Below, piece after piece: positions 23,565 through 34,763 of a DNA stretch of 56,004 bases. Source of the stretch: Cetorhinus maximus (lineage: Eukaryota); assembly GCF_964194155.1 (NCBI RefSeq), contig NC_135882.1, positions 90,837,997 through 90,894,000 of the forward strand, written 5' to 3'. The stretch's first letter is position 1, and each line of letters begins with the position of its first letter. Both the position numbers and the translations under genes were made by a program. The notes beneath the pieces were generated by a model. The model did not search any database. It was not told the DNA's origin and saw only the letters and a program-made list of their open reading frames with translations.

Positions 23565-24710
23565 GTGCAGTTGATGTTGTGAATGAGAAATTTCAAAAGA
23601 CACTCAATGAAGTGCCAGATAATAGATTTTTTTTTAAGCAAGATTGAAGCCCACAAGATTAAAGGGGAAGTGACAGTGTGGGTACAAAATTGGTTGAAGC
23701 GTAGAGAGTAGTGGTGAATGGTGTTTTTCAGACTGATAGGAAGCGTACTATGGTGACCCTCAGGGGTTGGTATGGAAGCTATGGGCTCTTTGATTTACAT
23801 CAATAACCTGGACTTGGTATAGGAAGCATTAATTAACAGTTTGCAGTTGACTCAAAGCTTGGAAATAGTGAGAAGGATAGCAGACATCAGGAGGATATCG
23901 AATGGTGAAATGGACTGACACGTAGCAGATTAAATTTAATGCAGAGAAATGTGAAATGTGTATCTTTTGAAAGAAAAACAGAGGCAATATAAGTTACGTC
24001 GGACAAGTTCTAGGGGGTGCAGGAACAGGGAGACCTGGGGGTTTACATACACAAACCTTTGAAGGTGGCATGATAAATTGAAAGACACTTTATAAATAAA
24101 GGCACAGAGTACAAAAGCAAGGAAATTATGGTAAAGCTTTAACTGAACCATACTTGTGGAGTATTGTGTCCAATTCTGAGCACCACACTTTTTAGGTAGA
24201 TTGTCAAGGATTTGGAAAGGACACAGGAGATTTACCAGATTGGAACCAGGGATGAGGAAGATCAGTTTTAAGGAGAGACCATAGAAGGTGGGATTGTTCT
24301 CCTTAGAACAAAAAAGATTAATGGAAGATTTTGATGGAGTTTTTCAAATTGAGGGGTTTCATAGAGTAGATAGGGAGAAACTGTTTCCACTTGCTAGAGG
24401 GTCTGTAGCTGGAGGGCACAGATTTAAGATAATTGGCAAAAATTCAAGAGTGGGAGAGGGAGGCAAAAAAAGGAGAAATATTTTTATACAGCGAATTATG
24501 ATCTGGAATACACCGTCTAAAGTGAGGAGGGTAGTGGGGGCATTGGGGGAGGGGTGGAAGCAGATTCAATAGTAATTTTCAAAAGGGAATTGGATACATG
24601 CTTGAAAAGGAGAAATTTGCAAAGCACTGAGACTGGATAACTCTTTCAAAGAACCAGCATAGACATGATGAGCCAATTGGCCTGGCTCTTTGCTTTGATT
24701 CTATGAATTC
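23565..24710 (+). mobile_element. CR1-type LINE, decayed RT and 3' UTR
   Basis: VDVV..FQK...EVP-like motif, GLFSLEQKRL, typical tail. Confidence 0.85.
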
Positions 24711-25009
24711 CTGCCTCATGACAGCATCCATGTATCATAGTCCTTTGGTGGGTCTCTCAAAGAAACATTCTGAATGGCAGTGCTACCTGCTGTACTGCCA
24801 CCCCAGAGCAAAGCTGAAGTTGCGAAAAACCTGCATTTCACTCAACCTAAATCGAGCTTTGTCTTCCATGTCCATTCTGCTACCAAGTCGGTTTTCTTCC
24901 TCCTGAGTATTTCTGGCCAATCATGCCCTTACCTATTCCTGCATTGCTGCTGAAACATAAAAGTGTCTTTAACACCTTGAGAGTTCACTTCCGTGATACG
25001 GTCATAGTC

Positions 25010-25370
25010 CATCTCTGCACACAACCCATCAAAGTTAGAATTTATTCAAAATGCACAGCCTGCATCTTTCACTGGCACAAAACCTTCCCTCCATCAATCT
25101 TGCCTTCACCAAGTTATATTGGCTGCCTCTAATCCAGCAAATTGACTTCAAGTTTTTCTTGATTCACTCTACAGTCTTGCCCCATCTTACTTCATGGATC
25201 TCATCCAGTCACATCTCTGAATACACTCTCCATTCCTCTGACACCAGGTTACACCTTTGTTCTCTGCACTGCCATTGATTATTTTTTTCCCCCACACTGA
25301 ACATGTCTCCTGGGACTCCTTTCATAGGTTCCTCTGGCCTGAGACTTCAGACTTTCTCTATGACAATGCT
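25010..25370 (+). mobile_element. L2-type LINE remnant
   Basis: LYWLPLIQQIDFK resembles the L2 motif LHWLPVxQRIxFK, preceded by IQNA-like motif. Confidence 0.65.
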
Positions 25371-26671
25371 TTTTCATATTCCTTCCTATTTGACAGCCAG
25401 TGTTTGTCCTGCTCATTGTAAAAAAAAATTGAGATGTATTTCTGTATGTTAGAAGCTATTTTGGAAATGTAAGTACCAGCAACCAGAAGTGCAACAGCTT
25501 GTATAGGCTCTTTGAGCCAGAAAACAAGGCTACTGATGTTGTCTGGATACATTTGATCTTGTTGTAATTTTGGTCTCTAGCTGTGCAGTTTTTCATATAT
25601 TGCATATGATAGCAGTTTCTTCAGTTCGTGTCCAAGCAAAGATGCTCTTGGTAGTTGCTTCCAGTGCAAAGGGATTGACCAACAGCAAGACCTACTAGGA
25701 GGGTTTTGCTTTGCTGCCAAGTCCTTTTGGAAGCCAGAACATAATGATTTTGCATATGATTAAGTAACTTTTTGACATTCACAAACCATATTTTCCCCGC
25801 CTAAATGTGCACATGCATATTTAGGTCTCCTTTGTAATCAAAAGGGGAAATAAGATGTTGGTGTTATCCATCATTGAATTCTGTTGATATAAACCCAAAA
25901 TTAATAAAGTGGACGACCTGGACAATGATGAGACAATGTAGAAAACTAGTCTGTTGTGGATTTGTATTTCAATCTATGAAAGGTAGATTCAAATGTCAAT
26001 ATGGTTTTTACCAATTTAGTTCACCTTGATTCCTTAAAGTGTTCACAAAAATGGTGACTGATATGTTGTGTTTTACAGGAAATTTAATGGAATCCTATTC
26101 ATATCTGAAGTTAGTGGACCAATTAACAGAACAGGACTAACTTTAAATTCAAATAGTCAGACATTCCCTGGAGTATAAACAGAATTACCTGGAAAAACTC
26201 AGCAGGTCTGGCAGCATCGGCGGAGAAGAAAAGAGTCGACATTTCGAGTCCTCATGACCCTTCAACAGAACTGAGTAATATTAGGAGAGGGGTGAAATAT
26301 AAGCTGGTTTAAGGTGGCGGGGGGGGTGGGGTGGGGTGCGGTGAGGGGAGAGAAGTGGGTGGGGGGGTCGGTGGTTGTAGGGACAAGCAAGCAGTGATAG
26401 GAGCAGATAATCAAAAGATGTCACAGACAAAGGAACAAAGAGGTGTTGAAGGTGGTGATATTATCTAAGAGAATGTGCTAATTAAGAATGGATGGCAGGA
26501 CACTCAAGGTACAGCTGTAGTGGGGGTGGGGTGGAAAGACTGACAGGGCATTACAGGTATAGATTTAAAAATAATGGAAATAGGTGGGAAAAGAAAAATC
26601 TATATAAATTATTGGAAAAAACAAAAGGGAGGGGGAAGAAACGGAAAGGGGGTGGGGATGGAGGAGGGAGT

Positions 26672-26971
26672 TCAAGATCTAAAGTTGTTGAATTCAATAT
26701 TCAGTCCGGAAGGCTGTAAAGTGCCTAGTCGGAAGATGAGGTGCTGTTCCTCCAGTTTGTGTTGGGCTTCACTGGAACAATGCAGCAAGCCAAGAACAGA
26801 CATGTGGGCAAGAGAGCAGGGTGGAGTGTTAAAATGGCAAGCGACAGGGAAGTTTGGGTCTTTCTTGTGGACAGACCGCAGGTGTTCTGCAAAGCGGTCG
26901 CCCAGTTTACGTTTGGTCTCTCCGATGTAGAGGAGACCGCATTGGGAGCAACGAATGCAGTAGACTAAGTT
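26672..26971 (-). pseudogene. GIY-YIG endonuclease domain of the Penelope-like element (99 uninterrupted codons, 5'-truncated)
   Basis: Manual translation NLVYCIRCSQCGLLYIGETKRKLGDRFAEH...ACHF...KLEEQHLIFRLGTLQPSGLNIEFNNFRS*. Confidence 0.9.
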
Positions 26972-27611
26972 AGTGCATTTCCCCTAACTTAGTCTGCTGC
27001 ATTTGTCTGTCCGCAAGAAAGACCCAAACCTCCCTGTCGCTTGCCATTTTAAAATTCCACCCTGCTCTCTTGCCCACATGTCTGTCCTTGGCTTGCTGCA
27101 TTGTTCCAGTGAAGCCCAACGCAAACTGGAGGAACAGCACCTCATCTTCCGACTAGGCACTTTACAGCCTTCCGGACTGAATATTGAATTCAACAACTTT
27201 AGATCTTGAACTCCCTCCTCTATCCCCACCCCCTTTCCGTTTCTTCCCCCTCCCTTTTGTTTTTTCCAATAATTTATATAGATTTTTCTTTTCCCACCTA
27301 TTTCCATTATTTTTAAATCTATACCTGTAATGCCCTGTCAGTCTTTCCACCCCACCCCCACTACAGCTGTACCTTGAGTGTCCTGCCATCCATTCTTAAT
27401 TAGCACATTCTCTTAGATAATATCACCACCTTCAACACCTCTTTGTTCCTTTGTCTGTGACATCTTTTGATTATCTGCTCCTATCACTGCTTGCTTGTCC
27501 CTAAAACCACCCCCCCACACTTCTCTCCCCTCACCGCCCCCCCCCCCCTCCCCCCCCCCCCCCCCCCCACCTTAAACCAGCTTATATTTCACCCCTCTCC
27601 TAATATTACTC

Positions 27612-27650
27612 AGTTCTGTTGAAGGGTCATGAGGCCTCGAAACGTCAACT
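27612..27650 (+). ncRNA. Minimal type I hammerhead ribozyme-like motif (mirror copy at about 26235-26272 on minus)
   Basis: AGTT-CTGTTGA-A-GGGTC(ATGAG)GCCTC-GAAA-C-GTC-AACT; stem I AGTT/AACT; mirror copy has stem II GGGTC/GACTC; core has U at position 6 instead of A. Confidence 0.65.
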
Positions 27651-27949
27651 CTTCTCCGCCGATGCTGCCAGACCTGCTGAGTTTTTCCAGGTAATTCTGT
27701 TTTTGTTTTGGATTTCCAGCATCCGCAGTAGTTTTTTGTTTTTATTCCCTGGAATATGATCGTTGTAAAAAAATATTATTTACCAAAACTTTTTCAAAGA
27801 ATAATAATGCTAAAATGAGTGGCAACTAATTGTACCTTACCCATCCTATCATATGGATATATAATTTCAACAGCTAATATAGGTCTCATTTAGATTAATA
27901 CATTTGTATATTCATAGCCACAACCATAAATTGTTTAAGAGTATATTAT

Positions 27950-29875
27950 AGACTCATAAGACGTTTACAGCACAGGAGGAGGCCATTTGGCCCATCATGT
28001 CCACACTGGTCAACAAAGATCTGACTACACTAATCCCATTTTCCAGCGCTTGGCCCATAGCCCCAGAGGCTACGGCAACGCAAGTGAATATCTAAATACT
28101 TCTTAAATGTTACGAGAGTTTCTGACTCGATCACCCTTTCAGGCAGTGAGTTCCAGACTCCCACCACCCTCTGGATGAAAACATTTCTCCTCAGCTCCCC
28201 TCTTAGCCTTCTACCTCTTACCTTAAATCTATGTCCCCTAGATATTGACCCCTCTACTAATGGAAAAAGTGCCTTCCTTTCCACCCTATCACTGTCCCTC
28301 ATAGTCTTATACACCTCTATCAGGTCCCCTCTCAACCTTCGCTGCTCCAAGGAAAACAACCCCAGCCTATCCAATCTTTCCTCATAGCTCAGGCCCTCCA
28401 GCATCCTGGTAAATCTCCTCTGCACCCTCTCCAGTACAATCACATCCTTCCTATAATGTGGCGACCAGAACTGCGCACAGTATCCAGCTGTAGCCTAACC
28501 AGCATTTTGTACAGTTCCAGTATAACCTCACTGCTCTTGTATTCTATGCCTCAGCTAATAAAGGCAAGTATCCCATTTGCCTCTTAACCATATTATCTAC
28601 CTGCCCTGCTACCTTCAGGGATCTGTGGTTATGCACACCAAGGTCCCTCTGATCTTCAGTACTTTCCAGGGTCCTACCATTCATAGTGTAATCCCTTGCC
28701 TTGTTAGCCTTCCCCCAAGTGCATTACCTCACAGTTTTCCGGATTGAATTCCATTTGCCACTGCTCTGCCCACCTGACCAGTCCATTAATCCCCTCCTGC
28801 AGTTTTCGGCAATCCTCCTCACTATTTACCACCCTAGAATTTTCGTATCATCCGCAAACTTCTTGATCATACCCCCTACATTTAAGTCCAAATCATTTAT
28901 GCACACCACAAACAGCAAGGGCCCCAGCACCGAGCCCTACGGAACCCCACTGGAAACAGACTTCCAGTCATAAAAAAATCTCTACCATCAACCTCTACTT
29001 CCTGCCTCTCAGCCAATTTTGGATCTGATGTGCCACTTTGCCTTGGATCCCATGCACTCTTATTTTCTTGACCAGTCTGCCATGAGGGACCTTATCAAAA
29101 GCCTTGCTAAAGTCCAAATAGATCACATCAAATGCATTTACCCAAATCAACATTCCTGGCTATCTCAAAAAATTCAATCAAATTTGTCAAACACGACCTT
29201 CTCTTAACAGATCCATGCTGACTATCCCTGATTAATCCATGTTTCTCCAAGTGCAGATATACTCTGTCCCTCAGAATTCTTTCTAGTGACTTCCCCACCA
29301 CTGAGGTTAGACTGACTTGGCCTATAATTTCCTGTTCTGTCCCCTCCTTCCTTTTCTAATAATGGGATAATGTTTGCAGTTCTTCAGCCCTCTGGCACTT
29401 CACCTGTGGCCAGAGAGAATTTGAAAATTACTGCTAGGGCCCCTGATACCTCTTCCCTTGTCTCCCTTAACAGCCTGCAATATATCTCATCCCAGCCTGC
29501 AGATTTATTCACTTTTAAGGCTGATTAACCCACTAGTACCTCCTCCCAATGCTAATTTCCTCTAATATTTCACAGACCTCCACCCTGATGTCTATACCTG
29601 CGCCGTCCTTTTCCATTGTGAAGACCGACGCAAAGTATTCATTGAGGACTGTACCCATGTCTTCCGGGTCTCCCCACACATTACCTCTATGGTCCCTAAT
29701 TGGCCCTACTCTTTCCCTAATTTATTCTCTTGCTCTTTATATATTTAAAAAACCCCTTTTGGGTTTTCCTTTATTCTACCCACCAATGCTTTCTCATGCA
29801 CTCTCTTAGCTTTCCTAATTTCCTTCTTAAATTCCCCCCTGCACTTTTTATACTCCTCTAGGGACTCTGCCATAT
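27950..29875 (-). mobile_element. CR1-type LINE, about 1.9-kb RT region and 3' tail
   Basis: ORF 28030-28443 LERVQRRFTRML...RRLRGDLIEVYK; upstream KFADDT and GVPxGSVLGPLLF on minus strand. Confidence 0.92.
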
Positions 29876-31494
29876 TGAGCCATTACAGTACAGTGGGCTA
29901 GGGATGCATTTATGCTACAATGAACATGAAAATGTTTTTGCTTCACCTTAACAATAAAGTAGGTAGTAGTCCAGAATTGGAGCCTCACTTCACTTTGGAG
30001 AAAACAAAGGTGAAACTTCCTTTGTTTTATTTCAGAATTGGAGAGGACCCTGATGCTGGAATTATATCACAACACTGTTAAATATCATTGCCCTTCACCA
30101 TTTTACAAGCTGGATATACTGTTATGTTATACCGTAAGCACACAATTCTACCGTGTTATAACAAAAAGGATTTTTTAAGGGAATACATTATTTAAATATG
30201 TTAATTAATGCACATAAAGCAAACCATAGTAAGTATAAACAGCTTGCAGAAGAGCTCCTGAACGTTACTGGAAGCAACAACCTGGAGAATCTTTGCTTGG
30301 ATATGAACCCAGAACCCTCCCAAATGGCAGTGAGCATATTACAGTTTAGCATTTGATTTAGGGATAATTTTGATTAGTATCCTTTTGTTTTGAATACTGG
30401 TATTCATTGGTTTATATGATGTAACTGAGCTTTGCATTTCATAATATGATCTGGTTAAATTCAGTTGCATCACAAAATATCTATTATTGAGGGGATGGGG
30501 AAAATATGTTTGCCAGTCATTTGCAATTCTAAAATCAGTCACCTAATTTCTAACATCAACTAAAGTCATTCCATAATGCTTATCAGTACAATAAAATAAG
30601 TAAGAGCTACCTGCTAAATATTCCTTCTGAAGAACATATCTTCAAAACTGTTTACTTGTATTCCGATATGATAATTGTGATAGATAATTGTGAATTCCAG
30701 TAACTTTTCATGGGATTGAAGGAAAAAGGAAATATTTGAACAAGGATTTAATGTTTGAGACTAGTAATTCAGGCATTTTTGGAATGGACCAGATGGACTG
30801 CAGATTCTTTTTCAGCCTGTACTTTCCTCTTTTGTATTCATGGCCCTACTAAAGAGTATTATAGTGATGTATATCCTATTTAAAAAATCGCGTACAATTG
30901 TGAAGTTTTGTTTTTGTGATCTGATAATTTTAGACCATAAGCAAGTAAAATATTTTAGAATCACATGCCTATTGAGCAAGAGTTGCAAAAGTATCCAAAT
31001 TTTGGCCGTCCAAACCACATCGAGTGAAAACAATTGCAGATTGCAAACTTCAGCTCCCACTCTAAGTATTTGTAATAAATCTATTGAACTATAACATACA
31101 TTTGATATTGCCAAACATTATTTACATAAAATAACTATAATTACACTTTCTATTTCTGATGCTAAACTGTCAATGAGAAAGTGACATGCATTGCGCACAA
31201 AATTGGGTCCTGTGATCCACCACTGAAGTGCCACAGGACATGACTTTCCTCCATTCAGTGGCTCCCAAGCTGACCTCTCCAGAAATCATATGCTCAAAAT
31301 AATGTAAATGATTTTTAGAACTGCAGACAACTTGGTAAATATTTTTTTCCCATCCCCTCAATCATAGATATTTTGAGAAGTAAATTTGATAGGTTCTTAT
31401 TCTTTATCAATTATGTAAAGCAAAACTCTGCTACAGTGGCATATAAACCAATGAATGCTAACTAATTTTAATATGAATGGCCAGGACACAATGT

Positions 31495-32210
31495 AAGGAC
31501 ATAAATCGTAGCTGGAGTAACTCATTTGGCCCTTCAAGTCTGCTCCAGCATTCAACAAGATCATGACTGATCTTTTACCTCAACTCCACTTTCCCATGCT
31601 TATCCCCATATTCCTAAATTCCCTTAGTACCCAAAAATATATCTCCCTCTGTCTTAAATATACTCAATGACTGAGCATCCACAGTTCTCTCGGGTAAAAG
31701 ATTCACAAGCTTTAGAGTGAAGACATTTCTCCCATCTAAGAAGTCCTAAATGACCAACCCCTTATTGTGAAACTTTGACCCCCATTCTAGATTCCACAGC
31801 CAGCATCTTTATGTCAAGCTCATTGAGAATTTTATGTTTCAATTAGATCACCTCTCACTCTCCTAATCTCAATCTTTCAACTCAATTTCTCCTTGAACAA
31901 TTCCCATATCCCAGTAACCAATCTAGTGAACCTTCTAGGGTGAGCATGTCCTTCCTTAACGAGATCAAAACCATATACAGTACCCCAGGCATGACATCAC
32001 CAATGCCGTGTATAATTGTAGTAAAACTTATTTACTCTTATACTCCAATTCCTTTGTCACAAAGGGTCACATACCACTTGCCTTCCTAATCACTTGCTGT
32101 ATCTGTTAAATTTGTGATTTGTGTTCAAGGATACACAGGTACCTCTGAATGCAAACATTTCCTACTCTCTCACCATTTAAAAATAATTTCTGCCTTTTTA
32201 GTTTTCCTAA
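31495..32210 (-). mobile_element. CR1-type LINE fragment
   Basis: Reverse-complement 3' tail (GGAGTA..CATTTGGCCCTTCAAGTCTGCTCC) and decayed RT C-terminus. Confidence 0.75.
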
Positions 32211-32559
32211 AGTGAGTCCTGCTCATAATTGGTATAGTGCATCTTGGGGGGCTGGAAAATTCATGGTGGGGGGAGATGTCTGAGGAGGTCACTGTAAGGA
32301 TGTAGCTGCAAGATTTAAAGCCAAACAGCATGTAAAGCAGAATCATTGTCAGTAAGTTGAGGAAATTGTTTCAAACAGGAGCTAGTAAAAGCAAACATCT
32401 GAGTGATATAAATATCCTTTTGACAGAATTAGTAGGTGTGGATGGCAGGAGACCTGCCACCACAGCTAGAACAATCTATATGGATGTGGCACTGGTGGTG
32501 AGTTGCAGTACCCTAATTCTCAGGGATTACCCTAATCCTCCAGTCCAGTAAGTACCTCA

Positions 32560-33010
32560 GCATAGAATCATAGAATGGTTATTCAGCCTGTTGTGTCTGT
32601 GCTGGCCCTCTGAAGGATCAAATCACCTAATAATTCCTGGCCTTTTCCCTGTAGCCCTGCAAATATTTCCTTTTCAGATAATGATCCAGTTCCCTTTTGA
32701 AAGCCTCATATGACCTTGCCTCCACCACATACTTGGGCATTCCAGATCCTAACCACTCACTGCGTGAAAGAGTTTTTCCTCATGTTGCCATTGCTTCTTT
32801 TGCCAATTACCTTAAATTTGTGTCCTCTAGTTCTCACTCCTTCCACCAGTAGGAACAGTTTCTCCCTATCTTCTCTGTCCAGACCCCTCAAGATCTTGAA
32901 TACCTCTATCAAATCTTCTCTCAACCTTCTCTTCCCCAAGGAGAACAGTCCCAACTTCTCCAATCTTTCTCTGTAACTAAAGTTATTCATCTTGGAACTA
33001 TTCTCGTGAG
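32560..33010 (-). mobile_element. CR1-type LINE 3' fragment
   Basis: CATAGAATCATAGAA tail; ORF 32757-33053 YRERLEKLGLFSLGKRRLREDLIEVFKI. Confidence 0.88.
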
Positions 33011-34763
33011 CCTGATCAGTAAAGGTAAGCGATGGTAGGAAGCTGCCACGCATCTGTATTTTACGTTTTCAGACTACAAACCAAAGAGCATAAATCTATC
33101 AACTAAATGAACACTCCTTCATATACAACAATTAAATCACAGAATTCTGTAATGCATGCATAGCTTTTGAAGAATCATTTTCTTTATGGGAATTCCATGA
33201 GAGGATTGATACAAGTAATAATTGTCAAATAAACCAGTCTGTACCTGACAAACATTCTGTTCTCATGCAGGGGGAAAAAAAGTACCTAATTCATGGGAGC
33301 AGCAGCTACATGAAGAGAAGTAACCATTTGTCCATCAAGTCAGCAGGCAAAGGAGGAGGCAGTTGAGATACTGGGATTCCATTCAGTTGAAGCAGTAGGA
33401 GATTGAGATATAAGAGATGCTGCACCCACAGTTTTTTTTGTGCATGGTGTGTGCTAATTAACAAAAATTAAAACAATTTTGTAACTTCCTAAAGGCCCTT
33501 GCATGAGCAGAATAGTAAGCAAAAAGTAAACAGCATCAAACTCATTGTGTTTCTCTGTCTGTCTTTCTTTTTCCTTGCATACGAGCTGGAAACAAGAAAA
33601 AAGTATAAGTGGCTGGACAGCAGAAAACTATGGCAAAGACAGCTATTAGAAATTTCACCTGCATTGTCATTCATCCTGTCACTTGCACTCACCAGCCCAG
33701 ATTATGTTACTCAGGGATATGGAATCTTTAGATGAAGAATGGATGCTGAGTGCTACATGACACACAAGGGAGCCAAAAGAAAAATTGTATAAGTTAAGGA
33801 TATTTCTGAGCAGAGAGTAAGGAAATGTCACCTCTTAGATGAAGAGCAGTTGGACAATGATCTCCAGGTCCTATCATTAAAAAGGACACCAGCAGAGAAT
33901 CAGAACCATAAGGGCCCTGAAAATGTGCAGCAGATGCCATGACATTCTGGCCAACATCAGAGAGGACTTCTCAGTAATGCTGAGCATCCTGGAAAAAGTG
34001 GAGGCTGAAGGAATCGTCTTGTCGTACAGCACGTGGGGTTGGAGACAAGTCATCACATCCACGTGCAGGCTTGATTGATTGCATTCAGCCCTTGGGTGAC
34101 AGAATGGAGGCAATACTAACTACTGGATTCTGAGGTATCCAGGGTACCATGTTGGAGTGTTTGCATGGTATTTGGTGTGTTGCAACCAACGATTAAAGTA
34201 TGTTAGTAATTCCATCAGATCTATTTCCAGAGATCAATGGTAATCAGGAGAGCAAGAGATGGCTTTTATGATTCTGCTCCCTCGGCAGTGCAAGAGAGTT
34301 TTCTATTACTTTCCTGCAAACAAAGTTAGAAGGCCAAGGGCATGGAGATTCAAAACCTAGAGAAACAATCTGTTGCAGTTCAGGCCTCAGGATCCAACAG
34401 CCTTCAAATAAGAACTACCTCTGTCCTAAGAGGGTTATGTCATATAGAACATCTGTTCACATCTCTGATTCTAGGCCTTCAGTTAGCACTTGGGGGGTGT
34501 TAGATTAAGACTGAGGAAAATCAAAAAGTCACAATGGTACAGTCTGGTGTGCCGATTAACCACTTGATTGTAAAGTTCCAGTTATTTTTGTCAGAAATAT
34601 GGTTATGATTTTTTTGTGGAAATCCTGAAGTTGCATTAGATCCAAAAGTATGTTTGGCTCAAGACCCTAATGGGTCATGTTTTTAATAATGAATGGAGTG
34701 TTCTGAGGCTTGTACATTTAAATTATGTAGAGCATCCAGGTTATTAAAAATTATTAGTATATA

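Larger units (their letters stand above)
26177..27743. mobile_element. Penelope-like element in inverted (palindromic) configuration
   Basis: Arms 26177-26973 and 26984-27702 are reverse complements; 14-bp TSD ATTCCCTGGAGTAT 26163-26176 / ATTCCCTGGAATAT 27744-27757. Confidence 0.93.

Noticed and set aside
26492-27389. Mirror-image ORF pairs (118/107 aa, 75/75 aa)
   Set aside because: Antisense frames of the Penelope palindrome, not genes
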